Origin: Gammaproteobacteria bacterium
GTDB taxonomy: Bacteria; Pseudomonadota; Gammaproteobacteria; Burkholderiales; SG8-39
NCBI GenBank assembly: GCA_041496705.1
Contig: JBGQFD010000001.1
Location: forward strand, 39,127 to 103,126
Length of the DNA: 64,000 nucleotides
Direction of reading: 5' to 3'
The translations under genes were made by a program, and so were the position numbers. Positions 1 to 11,034 of this stretch are shown here, piece by piece; the first letter of the stretch is position 1; the number at the start of each line of letters is the position of its first letter. The notes below the pieces were generated by a model that had not been told where the DNA came from, searched no databases, and saw nothing but the letters and a program-made list of their open reading frames with translations.

Positions 1-57
1 GCCCGAGGCGGGACGGCGGGTCTTGCTCGAACGTTGCGGCATGACGGTTCCTCCTGG

Positions 58-759
58 TTATCGCAGTCCTTCGATCCAGCGGTCGTAGAGGCGGTCGGCG
101 ACCTCATGGAGCGAGCGCACGCGCTCGCCGAGCCTTTCATGCATTTGCTCCGGCGTCTGCACCGAGGCGCTCACCGTTGGCACCCGCTCCTTTTCCCAAT
201 CCGCGCACCAGGCGCTGATCAGCTCGGGGGTCATCTCGACGTGGCACTGCATGCCCAGGTGCTTACCGAGCGCGAACGCCTGGTTGGCGCAATAGGGACT
301 GGCGGCGAGCCGGGTCGAGCCGGGGGGAGGGGTAAAGGTCTCGCCGTGCCAGTGGAAGCCGGAGAACTCCCGGGTCGGCCCGAACCATTCGCGTGCCACG
401 GGGTGGTCCTCGATGCTCACCAGGCCCCAGCCGATTTCCTCCACCGGGTTGCGCGTCACCTGGCCGCCCAGCGCCTTGGAAATGAGCTGCCCCCCCAGGC
501 AGTGCCCGAGCACCGGAATATCCGCGTCGACCGCCTTGTTTACCAGCGCGAGCACGCGGGGGATCCACGGGAGCTCGTCATTGACGCTCATCGGCCCGCC
601 CATGAACGCCAGTCCCGAGAAATCGCCGGGGTCCGCCGGCACCGCCTCGCCGGCGTCCACCTTGACGATCGTCCAGGGAATACGGCGCGAATCCAGAAAG
701 ATGGCAAAATAGCCCGGCCCTTCGGTGCTGCTGTGGCGGAATATAGCGACGGGCTTCAT
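58..759 (-). CDS. class I (type 1) glutamine amidotransferase-like protein
   Basis: 233-aa ORF with the GATase1 nucleophile elbow GHCLGGQL and downstream His/Glu (CHVEM). N-terminus MKPVAIFRH is typical of the family. Confidence 0.85.
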   Translation of the reverse strand: MKPVAIFRHSSTEGPGYFAIFLDSRRIPWTIVKVDAGEAVPADPGDFSGLAFMGGPMSVNDELPWIPRVLALVNKAVDADIPVLGHCLGGQLISKALGGQVTRNPVEEIGWGLVSIEDHPVAREWFGPTREFSGFHWHGETFTPPPGSTRLAASPYCANQAFALGKHLGMQCHVEMTPELISAWCADWEKERVPTVSASVQTPEQMHERLGERVRSLHEVADRLYDRWIEGLR

Positions 760-771
760 TGGGGAGGTTCG

Positions 772-1425
772 ATGTCCACCTTGCGCCTGGTTATTGTTAT
801 TGTAATCGCGCCGCTTGCCCTGTTCTCAGCGCGTGCCTTCGGCGCCGACGTCAATGTCATCGGGCTCTTTCCCGGCAAGGCGGTGGTGACGATCGACGGC
901 GGGGCCCCGCGCGTACTCTCGGCCGGCCAGAAGACTGCCGAGGGCATCGTCCTGCTCTCGACCGACCGCGAATCGGCGACCTTCCTCATCAACGATCGGA
1001 AGAAAACACTCGCCATCGGCCAGCACCATTCCGGTCCGGCACCCGCGTCTTCCTCCCAGAGCGTCACCCTCACGGCGGATCCCCGCGGCCACTTCTTCGT
1101 CGAGGGCCAGATCAACGGCGGGCCGGTGCGCTTCCTGGTCGACACGGGCGCCACCTCGATCGCCTTGTCCGCAGCGGACGCACGACGGCTCGGCATCGAC
1201 TACCACAGCGGCCAGCCCGGCCTGATGGGAACGGCAAACGGGACCGCGACCGCCTACCGCGTGCGGCTCGACAACGTTCGCGTCGGCGAGATCGTAGTGA
1301 ACAACGTCGAGGGTGCGGTCCTGGAGGGCAGCCAGATGCCGGTGGCGCTGCTCGGCATGAGCTTCCTCAACCGCATGGAGATGAGGCGCGAGGGGCAGTT
1401 CATGGTGCTTACGCGGCGATTCTAA
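772..1425 (+). CDS. retropepsin-like (clan AA) aspartic protease with signal peptide
   Basis: Internal Met (aa 247) of ORF 34..1425. Signal-like N-terminus MSTLRLVIVIVIAPLALFSARAFG and catalytic motif FLVDTGATSIALS (D-T-G). The upstream part of the ORF is antisense to the GATase gene and Arg/His-rich. Confidence 0.8.
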   Translation: MSTLRLVIVIVIAPLALFSARAFGADVNVIGLFPGKAVVTIDGGAPRVLSAGQKTAEGIVLLSTDRESATFLINDRKKTLAIGQHHSGPAPASSSQSVTLTADPRGHFFVEGQINGGPVRFLVDTGATSIALSAADARRLGIDYHSGQPGLMGTANGTATAYRVRLDNVRVGEIVVNNVEGAVLEGSQMPVALLGMSFLNRMEMRREGQFMVLTRRF

Positions 1426-1545
1426 GGACGAGCCGGTTCCGACCGGTCGGAGTTCCACCGCTCGTAACGGGGAAGCCGAGGCGTCAGCCGAGGTCGGGGC
1501 CCTGAATCAGGCCGCGCGAGCTTGATGTGCGGCCGGTCGTTGAGA

Positions 1546-2349
1546 CTACTTCTCGGTCTTGTCTTTCTCGATCAGCGCGTAGGCGGAGTGGTTGTGGATG
1601 GACTCGAAGTTCTCCGACTCCACGACGTACGACTCGATGCGCTTGTCCCGGTTCAGGTCGGCGGCGATGTCGCGCACCAAGTCCTCGACGAACCTGGGAT
1701 TGTCGTAGGCACGCTCGGTTACGAATTTCTCGTCTGGGCGCTTGAGCAGGCCGTACAGCTCGCTGGAGGCGTGCTTTTCGGCGTAGCCGACCAGCTCCTC
1801 GATCCATACGAATCCCTTGGTACGCGCGGTGATGGTCACGTGCGAGCGCTGGTTGTGCGCGCCGTAGTCGGAAATGCGCTTCGAGCACGGGCACAGGCTC
1901 GTGACCGGCACCACGACTTTCATCCTGAAGCACTTCTCACCCTTGGCGATCTCGCCGGCGAAGGTCACTTCGTAGTCCATCAGGCTCTTCACCTTCGATA
2001 CCGGCGCGGCCTTGTTGATGAAATACGGGAAGGCCATTTCGATGCGTCCCGACTGCGCCTCGAGCCGCTCGACCATTTCGTCGAGCATGACCTGGAAGGT
2101 GTCGACCGAGATCTCGCGCTCGTGCGCGTTGAGTATCTCGACGAAGCGCGACATGTGCGTGCCCTTGAACTGGTGCGGCAGGCCCACGTACATGTTGAAC
2201 GTGGCGATGGTGTGCTGGGTGCCGCCGGAACGCTCCGCAACGCGGATCGGGTGGCGGATGGCCTTGATGCCGACCTGATCGATCGCCAGCTTTCGCCGGT
2301 CCTCGGAACTCTGCACGTCGGGGATGGCGAGCGGATCGCGGGTGTTCAT
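1546..2349 (-). CDS. folE2: GTP cyclohydrolase IB (FolE2)
   Basis: 267 aa, full-length resemblance to FolE2, including [19 protein letters not shown] and the C-terminal [10 protein letters not shown]. Confidence 0.9.
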   Translation of the reverse strand: MNTRDPLAIPDVQSSEDRRKLAIDQVGIKAIRHPIRVAERSGGTQHTIATFNMYVGLPHQFKGTHMSRFVEILNAHEREISVDTFQVMLDEMVERLEAQSGRIEMAFPYFINKAAPVSKVKSLMDYEVTFAGEIAKGEKCFRMKVVVPVTSLCPCSKRISDYGAHNQRSHVTITARTKGFVWIEELVGYAEKHASSELYGLLKRPDEKFVTERAYDNPRFVEDLVRDIAADLNRDKRIESYVVESENFESIHNHSAYALIEKDKTEK

Positions 2350-2455
2350 CGAGAGTCTTTCTCGGGAGATGGCTCAGAATTGGACGATTCTAACATGCGT
2401 GCCGTTCCCGCCTTTTCAAGTGTCTCCCCCTGGCGTGGGAGCTTTCGCCCGCTTC

Positions 2456-4393
2456 CTAACCCAGCCGCGCGCGAATCGCCGCGACGATGCCCGACTTGTC
2501 GAGGCCGACCGACGCCAGCAATTGCGCCTGGTCGCCGTGATCGACGAAGCGGTCGGGAAGCCCCAGCTGCAGCAGCGGGGTGAAGATCGAGCGGGCGGCG
2601 AGCGCCTCGGCCACCGCGCTCCCGGCGCCGCCCATGATCGCGTTCTCCTCGAGGGTGACGAGAAGCCCGTGCGTTGCAGCCAGCTGTGCCGCGAGGTCCG
2701 CGTCCACGGGCTTCACGAAGCGCATGTCGGCGACGGTCGCACCCAGTTCCTCGCCCGCATCGAGCGCGGGGTGCAGCACGGGGCCAAAAGCGAGAATGGC
2801 GACGCCTCGTTTGCCGCCGGCCCCGCGCCGCAGCACTTCGCCCTTTCCGATCGGCAGCGCGCGCATCTCCGCCTTCACGTCCGCGCCTGGGCCGCTGCCG
2901 CGCGGATAGCGGACTGCCGCCGGCTGCTCGAGTGCGAACGCGGTGAACAGCATCTGCCGACACTGGTTCTCGTCGCTCGGCGTCATCACGACCATGTTGG
3001 GAACGCAGCGCAGGAAACTCAGATCGAAAGCGCCGTTGTGCGTGGCGCCGTCGCCGCCGACCAGCCCGGCGCGATCCAGCGCGAACACGATCGGCAGCTT
3101 CTGGATGCAGACATCGTGGATCAGCTGGTCGTAGCCGCGCTGGAGAAAAGTCGAGTAGATCGCGAGCACCGGCTTCAGGCCCTCGCAGGCGAGGCCCGCG
3201 GCGAATGTCACCGCGTGCTGCTCGGCAATGCCGACATCGAAGTAGCGCTCCGGAAATTCCGCTGCGAAGCGGACCATCCCGGAGCCCTCGCGCATCGCCG
3301 GCGTGATGCCGACCAGGCGCGAATCGAGAGTCGCCATGTCGCAAAGCCACTGGCCGAACACCTGCGTATAGGTCGGCTTTCCGCTGCTAGCCTTCTTGAT
3401 TCCCTCGGCGGGATCGAACTTGCCCGGCCCGTGATAGAGCACCGGGTCCGCCTCGGCGAGCTTGTAGCCCTGCCCCTTTTTGGTAACCACGTGCAGGAAC
3501 TGCGGTCCTTTCAGCGCCTTGATGTTCTTCAGCGTCGGAATCAGCGAATTCAGGTCGTGGCCGTCGATCGGCCCGACGTAGTTGAAGCCGAACTCCTCGA
3601 ACAGCGTCGACGGAACGACCAGCCCCTTGGCATGCTCCTCGACTTTCTTGGCGAGCTCTAGGAGCGGCGGGACACCCCCGAGGACCTTCTCGCCGGCCCG
3701 CTTGGCCGCCGCGTAAAAGCCGCCCGACATCAGCCGCGCCAGATAACGATTGAGCGCTCCGACCGCGGGCGAGATCGACATGTCGTTGTCGTTGAGGATA
3801 ACGAGCAGATCGGTGTCCATGACGCCTGCGTTGTTGAGGGCCTCGAAGGCCATGCCGGCCGACATCGCGCCGTCTCCGATCACCGCGATCACGTGGCGCC
3901 GCTTGTGGCCGGTTTCGCCTTTCAGCCTCGAAGCCTGGGCCATGCCGAGTGCCGCGCTTATCGAGGTACTCGAATGCGCGGTTCCGAACGTGTCGTACTC
4001 GCTTTCGCTTCTGCGCGGGAATCCCGAGATCCCGCCCTGCATGCGCAGCCGCGCCATGGCCTCGCGGCGGCCGGTGAGGATCTTGTGCGCGTAGGTCTGG
4101 TGCCCGACATCCCACACGATGCGGTCCCGAGGCGTATCGAACACGTAGTGGAGCGCGATGGTCAGCTCGACCGTGCCCAGGTTCGAGGACAGGTGGCCGC
4201 CCGTCTGGCTGACCGACGTCAGAACGTAGGCGCGCAACTCTTCCGCCAGCCGCTGCAATCCCGCGCGGTCCAGACTGCGCAGCGCCGCCGGATCGTCGAT
4301 GGTCTTCAGCAGCTCGTAGCGGGTCGGTTCGCATGCAGGCGAACCGGATTCCGGGCGCGTTCCGGGAAGATCCGCCTGTCCGATGGCGCTCAT
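2456..4393 (-). CDS. dxs: 1-deoxy-D-xylulose-5-phosphate synthase
   Basis: 645 aa with [38 protein letters not shown] and the TPP motif [16 protein letters not shown]. Downstream of ispA and xseB as in the classical operon. Confidence 0.95.
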   Translation of the reverse strand: MSAIGQADLPGTRPESGSPACEPTRYELLKTIDDPAALRSLDRAGLQRLAEELRAYVLTSVSQTGGHLSSNLGTVELTIALHYVFDTPRDRIVWDVGHQTYAHKILTGRREAMARLRMQGGISGFPRRSESEYDTFGTAHSSTSISAALGMAQASRLKGETGHKRRHVIAVIGDGAMSAGMAFEALNNAGVMDTDLLVILNDNDMSISPAVGALNRYLARLMSGGFYAAAKRAGEKVLGGVPPLLELAKKVEEHAKGLVVPSTLFEEFGFNYVGPIDGHDLNSLIPTLKNIKALKGPQFLHVVTKKGQGYKLAEADPVLYHGPGKFDPAEGIKKASSGKPTYTQVFGQWLCDMATLDSRLVGITPAMREGSGMVRFAAEFPERYFDVGIAEQHAVTFAAGLACEGLKPVLAIYSTFLQRGYDQLIHDVCIQKLPIVFALDRAGLVGGDGATHNGAFDLSFLRCVPNMVVMTPSDENQCRQMLFTAFALEQPAAVRYPRGSGPGADVKAEMRALPIGKGEVLRRGAGGKRGVAILAFGPVLHPALDAGEELGATVADMRFVKPVDADLAAQLAATHGLLVTLEENAIMGGAGSAVAEALAARSIFTPLLQLGLPDRFVDHGDQAQLLASVGLDKSGIVAAIRARLG

Positions 4394-4510
4394 GGCCCGG
4401 GATTATGCGGCAATTCCCCGCGGACCGCCGGATCCTCCGGCCGCGTTCGTGCAAAAGCCATGCAAGGCGGCCGCATCGCCTCCAGGCCAGGCCCTGCCGG
4501 AGGAGCCCGC

Positions 4511-5422
4511 TCAGAACTTTCGCAGAACGATGAAATCCGCCAATTCGGAAAGACGGCGCGTCCCCGCGCCCCGCCCGGAAAGCGCGGCCTGCGCCTGTTG
4601 GCGCAGTTCCTCGGCGAGCGCTCTTGCGCGCGCCAGACCGAGCACCGAAACGTAGGTCGGCTTGTGATTGGCGGCGTCCTTGCCGGCGGTCTTGCCCAGG
4701 GTCGCCGTGGAGGATTCTTGGTCGAGGATGTCATCCACCACTTGAAAGGCCAGGCCGATGCAATTCGCGTAACGATCGTAACGCGCCAGCTGCTCGGGCC
4801 CGGGCGCCTTCGAGCAGCGCGCGCCGAGCGCGACCGACGCCCGGATCAGCGCGCCGGTCTTGTGGATGTGCATATGCTCGAGCTCGGGCAGGCTCAGCAC
4901 CTGCCCCACGCTAGCGAGATCGATCGCCTGGCCGCCCGCCATGCCGCGGCTGCCGCAGGCTGCCGCGAATATCTTGATCATCTCGATCTGCGTGGCGGGA
5001 TCGTCGGCTAGACGCTGCTCGGTGAGCAGCTGAAACGCCAGCGCCTGCAGGCTGTCGCCTGCCAGCAGGGCGGTGGCCTCGTCGAACTCGACGTGGCACG
5101 TGGGTTTCCCGCGGCGAAGCACGTCGTTGTCCATGCAAGGGAGGTCATCGTGGACGAGCGAATAGGCATGAACGCACTCGACGGCGCAGGCCACGACTTC
5201 GAACCGCAGCGGATCGCCACCGGGATCGCCTGCGACCGCTTCGCCCGCGGCAAACACCAGCAGCGGGCGCACGCGCTTGCCCCCGCCCAGGACCGCGTAA
5301 CGCATCGCCTCGTGCAGGCGCTGCGGGGCAATTCTCTCCGAGGGAAGAAAACGTGCCAGAGCAGCTTCGACACGCGCCTGGACGTTTGCCATCCAGGCGG
5401 TAAAGTCATTGTTGGTCGTCAC
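4511..5422 (-). CDS. ispA: (2E,6E)-farnesyl diphosphate synthase
   Basis: 303 aa with both Asp-rich motifs (LVHDDLPCMDND and FQVVDDILD). The listed start appears to be GTG and overlaps the xseB stop. An ATG 10 codons downstream (MANVQ) is an alternative start. Confidence 0.9.
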   Translation of the reverse strand: MTTNNDFTAWMANVQARVEAALARFLPSERIAPQRLHEAMRYAVLGGGKRVRPLLVFAAGEAVAGDPGGDPLRFEVVACAVECVHAYSLVHDDLPCMDNDVLRRGKPTCHVEFDEATALLAGDSLQALAFQLLTEQRLADDPATQIEMIKIFAAACGSRGMAGGQAIDLASVGQVLSLPELEHMHIHKTGALIRASVALGARCSKAPGPEQLARYDRYANCIGLAFQVVDDILDQESSTATLGKTAGKDAANHKPTYVSVLGLARARALAEELRQQAQAALSGRGAGTRRLSELADFIVLRKF

Positions 5423-5645
5423 CGGGGAAGTTTTTCAAGGTGTTTTCTTCGAGCACCTTGACTTGCTGTTGCGCGCGGGCGAGGACTCCCTGGCAGTGCT
5501 GGGCCAGCTCCAGGCCGCGCTTGTGGGCGGCGAGGGACTGCTCGAGCGTGAGCTTCCCCGACTCCATGCTGGCAACGATCTTCTCCAGTTCGGCAAGAGC
5601 GGCCTCAAAGCTCTCGGGCTGTTCGGGCTTGGCAGGTTTGGACAT
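5406..5645 (-). CDS. xseB: exodeoxyribonuclease VII small subunit
   Basis: 79 aa starting at the internal Met of ORF 5406..5693 (MSKPAKPEQPESFEAALAELEKIV..LEQSL). Sits in the xseB-ispA-dxs order. Confidence 0.85.
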   Translation of the reverse strand: MSKPAKPEQPESFEAALAELEKIVASMESGKLTLEQSLAAHKRGLELAQHCQGVLARAQQQVKVLEENTLKNFPGDDQQ

Positions 5646-5834
5646 GGGTCGCGACGCTGCCCACTCGGGACACGCCGTTCTGGAAAAGGGCAAAAATAGC
5701 CTATGGGGGAGGCAGGGTCAAATTGATCTCTGAAAAAAGCTCTTCCTGAAAGGAAAAATCGCTGGAAGGCGAGGGGAAAAGGGGCTAGAATCGCGCGCAT
5801 TTTAATTGATTGCCATCGGGAGTTCTCACCCAAT

Positions 5835-6938
5835 ATGTCCGACCTGCCCAGTTCACGGAAGCTGAATCCAAATACCTCACAGCTTCCCGTGTCGTGGTAT
5901 CTGGAGCCACGCGTCTTCGAACTGGAGCAAGAGCTGCTGTTCGCCACCGGCCCCGGCTACGTCGGCCACGAGCTGATGGTGCCCAACCCGGGCGACTACC
6001 ACGTGCTTGACTGGATGAATCGCGGCAAGGTGCTGGTGCGCAACACCAACGGCATCGAACTCCTCTCGAACGTCTGCCGGCACCGGCAGTCGACGTTGCT
6101 GCAGGGGCGCGGTAACGCGACCAATATCGTATGCCCGCTGCATCGCTGGACCTACGACATGCAGGGCGAGCTCCTCGGCGCCCCGCATTTCCCCGACAAT
6201 CCCTGCCTGAATCTGGGTAGCAGCAAGCTGCAGAACTGGCGCGGTCTGCTGTTCTCCGGTAAGCGCGACGTCGGCCGCGACCTCGCCGGGCTTTCGCTCG
6301 CCGACCAGTTCGATTTCTCCGGCTACCTGCTGGACCATGTCGAAACGATGGAACTCGATCAGAACTGGAAGACCTTCATCGAGGTGTATCTCGAGGACTA
6401 CCACGTCGTGCCGTTCCATCCCGGGCTCGGAAATTTTGTCACCTGCGACGATCTCAAGTGGGAACTGAACGACGCCTGGTCGGCGCAGACGGTGGGCGTC
6501 AAGGACGGCTTCGCCAAGCCCGGCACCCCCGCGTACGCCAAGTGGCACCAGGCGCTGATGCGATTCCTCGATGGCCGTGTGCCCAGGCAGGGCGCCATCT
6601 GGTTCCTCTACTACCCCAACGTGATGATCGAGTGGTACCCGCATGTGCTCGTCGTCAGCACCCTGTTGCCGCGCTCGCCGGCGCTCACCACCAACGTCGT
6701 CGAGTTCTACTACCCCGAGGAGATCGTGCACTTCGAGCGGGAATTCATCGAGGCCGAGCGCACCGCCTACATGGAAACCGCGATCGAAGACGACGAGATC
6801 GCCAAGCTCATGGATCGCGGTCGCCGCGCGCTCTACGAGCGTGGGGACAACGAAGTCGGGCCGTACCAGTCGCCCATGGAAGACGGCATGATGCATTTCC
6901 ACGAGTACATCCGCCGGGGCCTCGCCGGAAACGCGTAG
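5835..6938 (+). CDS. Rieske [2Fe-2S] non-heme iron oxygenase, alpha-subunit-like
   Basis: 367 aa with Rieske motif CRHRQ...CPLHRW and mononuclear-iron motif EDYHVVPFH. No reductase or ferredoxin partner is adjacent. Confidence 0.8.
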   Translation: MSDLPSSRKLNPNTSQLPVSWYLEPRVFELEQELLFATGPGYVGHELMVPNPGDYHVLDWMNRGKVLVRNTNGIELLSNVCRHRQSTLLQGRGNATNIVCPLHRWTYDMQGELLGAPHFPDNPCLNLGSSKLQNWRGLLFSGKRDVGRDLAGLSLADQFDFSGYLLDHVETMELDQNWKTFIEVYLEDYHVVPFHPGLGNFVTCDDLKWELNDAWSAQTVGVKDGFAKPGTPAYAKWHQALMRFLDGRVPRQGAIWFLYYPNVMIEWYPHVLVVSTLLPRSPALTTNVVEFYYPEEIVHFEREFIEAERTAYMETAIEDDEIAKLMDRGRRALYERGDNEVGPYQSPMEDGMMHFHEYIRRGLAGNA

Positions 6939-6987
6939 GAAGCGGCCGTCCTTCCGGACCCGCCTGTCCCGCGGTTAAGATAGCGCC

Positions 6988-7845
6988 ATGATCCTGATGG
7001 CGCTCGCCGAAACCGAGATCCTCGCGCAACACTTGGACGATCCCGACTGGGTGGTGTTCGATTGCCGCCACGACCTTGCCGATCCGGGTCGCGGGCGCGC
7101 CGACTTCCTGAAATCGCACGTCCCGGGAGCGCGCTTCGCGCACTTGGACGACGACCTGTCCGGGCCCCGCAACGGGAAAAACGGACGCCATCCCCTCCCC
7201 AATCCCTCCGTGCTTGCGGAAAGACTCGGGCGGGCGGGCGTCGATTCGGGCAAGCAGGTCGTCGCTTACGATGCGCAAGGGGGCCTGTTCGCGGCCAAGT
7301 TATGGTGGCTGCTGCGCTGGCTCGGGCACCTTCCGGTCGCGGTGCTCGACGGCGGCTGGAACCAGTGGACTGCCGAAGGGCGTCCGCAGACCGCGGACGT
7401 GTCTGCGCCGCGGGCGGCGCAGTTTTCCGGGCAAGCCGACGATAGCTGGGTGGACGCGCAATTCGTGCTTGGCAGCCTCGGCGAGCCCGGCAGCGTGCTT
7501 CTCGATGCCCGAGCGCCCGACCGCTTCCGCGGCGAGAACGAAACACTCGACCCGGTGGGCGGGCGCATTCCGGGTGCGCGCAACCGCTTTTTCCGGGACA
7601 ACCTGGATGCGAAGGGTTGTTTCAAGCCTCCGCAGATGCTCGCGGCAGAACTCTCCGCGGCGCTCGGGGGTGCGCGCCCGGAGCGCAGCGTGCACTATTG
7701 CGGCTCGGGCGTTTCGGCCGCGCACAATCTCCTGGCGATGGAAATCGCCGGCTTGCGCGGCGCCCGCCTCTACCCGGGCTCCTGGAGCGAATGGTGCGCC
7801 GACTCTTCGCGACCCGTGGCGGCGGGTGAGCCGCAACCGGGCTGA
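6988..7845 (+). CDS. tandem-rhodanese sulfurtransferase (thiosulfate/3-mercaptopyruvate type)
   Basis: 285 aa with two rhodanese-like halves. Active-site loop YCGSGVSAAH followed by YPGSWSEW. Confidence 0.85.
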   Translation: MILMALAETEILAQHLDDPDWVVFDCRHDLADPGRGRADFLKSHVPGARFAHLDDDLSGPRNGKNGRHPLPNPSVLAERLGRAGVDSGKQVVAYDAQGGLFAAKLWWLLRWLGHLPVAVLDGGWNQWTAEGRPQTADVSAPRAAQFSGQADDSWVDAQFVLGSLGEPGSVLLDARAPDRFRGENETLDPVGGRIPGARNRFFRDNLDAKGCFKPPQMLAAELSAALGGARPERSVHYCGSGVSAAHNLLAMEIAGLRGARLYPGSWSEWCADSSRPVAAGEPQPG

Positions 7846-7855
7846 TGAGTCACCC

Positions 7856-8242
7856 ATGGCGCTCGGATGGCTTGCCGACTCGATCCTCGTCCTTCACGTC
7901 TTGTTCGTGTTGTTCGTCGTGGGTGGCCTTGCCTTGATTCTCGCCGGGGCGCGACGCTGGAGCTGGATCCGCAACCGGGCGTTCCGCACGCTGCATCTTA
8001 CGGCGATCGCCTTCGTCGCGATCGAAGCTCTCCTCGGCATCACCTGCCCGCTGACGCGCTGGGAAGACCTGCTGCGAGCCACCCGACCCGAAGAGCGCAG
8101 TTTCATCGGAAGGTGGCTTGCGCGCTTTCTCTACTACGATTTCCCGGAATGGGTCTTTGCCTCGGCCTATTTCGCCTTCGCTCTAACGGTCGCCTGGGCC
8201 TGGCGCGCGATTCCGCCGCATTCAAGGCGGGCGCCACCATGA
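7856..8242 (+). CDS. DUF2784-like small membrane protein
   Basis: 128 aa starting at the internal Met of ORF 7214..8242. Three or four hydrophobic helices and a CPLTRWE motif. Family assignment is from memory. Confidence 0.6.
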   Translation: MALGWLADSILVLHVLFVLFVVGGLALILAGARRWSWIRNRAFRTLHLTAIAFVAIEALLGITCPLTRWEDLLRATRPEERSFIGRWLARFLYYDFPEWVFASAYFAFALTVAWAWRAIPPHSRRAPP

Positions 8243-8264
8243 ACGCTGAATTGCACGGACTACG

Positions 8265-9059
8265 ATGAAGCAGTACCTGGATCTCATGCGCCACGTGCTG
8301 GAGCACGGGGCGAAAAAGACCGATCGCACCGGGACCGGTACGTTGTCCACGTTCGGCTGGCAGATGCGCTTCGACCTGCGGCAGGGTTTTCCTCTGCTCA
8401 CCACCAAGAAAATCCACCTCAAGTCGATCGTCTACGAGCTGCTTTGGTTCCTGCGGGGCGACACCAACGTGCGCTGGCTGCAGGAGCGCGGCGTAAGCAT
8501 CTGGGACGAGTGGGCAGACGAGCGCGGCGAACTCGGCCCCGTGTACGGCTCGCAGTGGCGCAGCTGGCCGTCAGCCGGCGGCGGCTCGATCGACCAGATC
8601 GCGCAGGTCTTGAAATCGATCCGCGAGCGCCCCGACTCGCGCCGCCATGTCGTCACCGCCTGGAATCCGGCCGAGATCGACCGCATGAAGCTGCCGCCGT
8701 GCCACGCGCTCTTCCAGTTCTACGTCGCCGAGGGCGAGCTCTCCTGCCAGCTCTATCAGCGCAGCGCCGATATCTTCCTCGGCGTGCCGTTCAACATCGC
8801 CTCGTACGCGCTGCTTACCCTGATGACCGCGCGGGTCACGGGCTTGAAAGCCGGCGAATTCGTCCACGTCCTGGGCGACGCGCATCTGTACCTCAACCAT
8901 CTCGACCAGGCGAAGGAGCAGCTGTCGCGCACACCCAGGCCGCTGCCGCGCATGCGGCTCGACCCGGCTGCGACCGACATCTTCGGCTTTCGCTACGAGG
9001 ATTTCACCCTGGAAGGCTACGATCCGCACCCGGCGATCAAGGCACCGATCGCAGTCTAG
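8265..9059 (+). CDS. thyA: thymidylate synthase
   Basis: 264 aa with [37 protein letters not shown] and the catalytic [11 protein letters not shown]. Confidence 0.97.
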   Translation: MKQYLDLMRHVLEHGAKKTDRTGTGTLSTFGWQMRFDLRQGFPLLTTKKIHLKSIVYELLWFLRGDTNVRWLQERGVSIWDEWADERGELGPVYGSQWRSWPSAGGGSIDQIAQVLKSIRERPDSRRHVVTAWNPAEIDRMKLPPCHALFQFYVAEGELSCQLYQRSADIFLGVPFNIASYALLTLMTARVTGLKAGEFVHVLGDAHLYLNHLDQAKEQLSRTPRPLPRMRLDPAATDIFGFRYEDFTLEGYDPHPAIKAPIAV

Positions 9060-10045
9060 CCGGCTCGAGCCGCGTCGGCGGCGGGGCGGCGCAGTAAGGC
9101 CGCAGGCGCAACCGGCATGCCTGCCTGAGGAATGCCGGCCGGCCCGGACGCACCATCGATCGGAACGCCGAGCAAGACCCGGTGCGTTTCCTTTCCGGCG
9201 GCATCGCGGTAGACCAGCTCATTCGTGTCGAACTCGTATTCCGGATGTCGCTGGTCGTTCCACTCGTTCAGGAAGTACGTGTAGAAGGGCACGAACAGTC
9301 CGTTGCGTGGCTCGCGGTGCTGGAGCGCGAAGACGTACTCGGGCTGTTGGCTGACCTGGAATCCGCTGTGGCAGTGCTGCACCCAGACGTGGTCGCCGAG
9401 CACGACCACCTTCCAGAAAGGCTCCTCCTCGTAGAACTTGAGTTTCACCTGCTTTCCCAGCCTGCGCAGCCCGGAGAGGTACGCGATGCTCGCCTCGATC
9501 TCGGTTTGCAGGGTGAGCACGGTGATGTCCGGCGGCAGGGAGTCAGCACGCCGGCGCATGTGCATCCCCACCGGGCTGAGCAGCATCACCCTTACTTCGT
9601 AGGCTTTCTCCAACGTTCCACGCAGCAGACTTTCGTCCGAGACGAAGGTGTCGTAGCCGGTCAGCGTCAGGACGAACGCGTCACGTGCTGCCGGAAGCTG
9701 CTTCACCAGGACGCGCTCACGCCAGCGCGTCAGCCATCCGCGTCCGCCGTTCCGTGCGTAGACGAGGGATGCAAGCCGCGCGATCCGCACTTTCTGCCGG
9801 CCGTCCCAGGCGATCTTGGCGAGATTGAAGAGCAGCGCGAGTATTGAGGCAAGGCCGATCTCGCTGGCGAGCAGAAAACTGGCGTTGCTTTCGACCTTCG
9901 GCCACCACTGATTCAGGATGTAGCTTGCGCCTTGCGGCAGCGAGAAGGCGACGGCAACCGCAAGCAGGGTCATGAGGCCGTGCGAGAGGATCTGTTTCAG
10001 GCTGACCCACAGGCTGTGCGCCTGTATTCCCTGGTGCATCTGCAT
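9056..10045 (-). CDS. membrane protein of unknown function (N-terminal TM helices plus soluble domain)
   Basis: I prefer the ATG at 10045 (MQMHQG...), which forms a TGATG stop/start overlap with the upstream peptidase gene. I recognise no family. Its stop overlaps the thyA stop in convergent orientation. Confidence 0.6.
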   Translation of the reverse strand: MQMHQGIQAHSLWVSLKQILSHGLMTLLAVAVAFSLPQGASYILNQWWPKVESNASFLLASEIGLASILALLFNLAKIAWDGRQKVRIARLASLVYARNGGRGWLTRWRERVLVKQLPAARDAFVLTLTGYDTFVSDESLLRGTLEKAYEVRVMLLSPVGMHMRRRADSLPPDITVLTLQTEIEASIAYLSGLRRLGKQVKLKFYEEEPFWKVVVLGDHVWVQHCHSGFQVSQQPEYVFALQHREPRNGLFVPFYTYFLNEWNDQRHPEYEFDTNELVYRDAAGKETHRVLLGVPIDGASGPAGIPQAGMPVAPAALLRRPAADAARAG

Positions 10046-11034
10046 CAACGCTGCCACGCCCGTTCGGTCCTGCCCGCACGCGCGGCAACCGCGTGCAGGG
10101 TGCGAGTCGCCGTATCCTCGAGCGGCCCGCCGAGACTCACGGCTATTTGTGCTTCTGCCAGTGCCTCCTCATAGCGATCGAGGTCGGCGAGCGTCTGCGC
10201 AAGGTTATTGTGCGCGGCGGCCGACCGGGGGTGAGTGAGGGTCGCCCGGCGGAAAGCCCGCTCTGCAGTCTCGAAGTCGCCCTGGACGTAAGCGGTGTTT
10301 CCCAGACCGAGGAGCGCCACGAGGTTTTCCGGCGCGCGTCTCAAGACGCTGTCGTAAGCGGTCCGCGCGGGCTCCGGCTGACCGCCTTTTTCGAGCTTCA
10401 TGACGGCGCCCAGATAATCCGGAACGGCTAGGCTGGCTGGCAAGCGCTGCGGAGGCAGCGCGAGCATCGCCCAGCGACCGCCGCCCTTCCACGTGCGTTC
10501 GAAGGAATCGAACGTCATCTCGACCCTGCGCTTGCTCCCCGAGCGCAGCACGATGCGCCCGGCGTCCAAGTCATAGCCGACCGCCACTGCGTAGTGCCAG
10601 GCGGGTTTCCAGTCGAAAGCGAGGTTCTGCAGGACGACAACCGGGGTGCCGGCCGCGATCTCGGCGAGCAAGTCCGGGAGGTTCGGTTTCAACTCGACTG
10701 CAACGAAGCCGTTGCGGCGCGCTGCGGCGAGCATTTCCACCTGGAGGCTGCCGTGTCTGCCTGGAACATAGACCTGCGGCCGCAACGTCTCCGGCTCGAC
10801 CGGATTGCCGCCGGCACCGAGCACCATCGCCAAGGCGGCCGGGCCGCACTGGTACTCGTCCTGCGCGTAGAACGGAACGCCGTCGAGTTCGACGCGTTGC
10901 GGAATTTGCTCGAGCCCGTCTTGCGCGACCGCCTGGAGCCGCGGTGCGGCGCAGCCTGCAAGCGATATCAGCACGAAGCCCAGCGCCAGAAAGCGGCGGG
11001 CGCTACGCCGGCACGGCGAGGAGCGATCGCTCAC
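10045..11034 (-). CDS. PA2778-family C39-like cysteine peptidase lipoprotein with C-terminal TPR repeats
   Basis: 329 aa with lipobox LISLAGC, papain/C39-like catalytic motifs YQCGPAALAMVL and WHYAVAVGYD, and a TPR-like C-terminus. GTGA start/stop overlap with the upstream gene. Confidence 0.8.
   Translation of the reverse strand: MSDRSSPCRRSARRFLALGFVLISLAGCAAPRLQAVAQDGLEQIPQRVELDGVPFYAQDEYQCGPAALAMVLGAGGNPVEPETLRPQVYVPGRHGSLQVEMLAAARRNGFVAVELKPNLPDLLAEIAAGTPVVVLQNLAFDWKPAWHYAVAVGYDLDAGRIVLRSGSKRRVEMTFDSFERTWKGGGRWAMLALPPQRLPASLAVPDYLGAVMKLEKGGQPEPARTAYDSVLRRAPENLVALLGLGNTAYVQGDFETAERAFRRATLTHPRSAAAHNNLAQTLADLDRYEEALAEAQIAVSLGGPLEDTATRTLHAVAARAGRTERAWQR

Noticed and set aside
34-771. N-terminal 246 codons of ORF 34..1425 as part of the protease gene
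   Set aside because: This part is antisense to the amidotransferase gene and lacks features. The protease family domain and a good signal peptide begin at the Met at 772.
2387-2419. Possible folE2 promoter (extended -10 TGtTAGAAT on the minus strand, TTGAAA 21 nt upstream) and a search for a Zur box
   Set aside because: The spacing to the -35-like hexamer is too long, and I could not recognise a convincing Zur-type palindrome. The evidence is not strong enough to call a feature.
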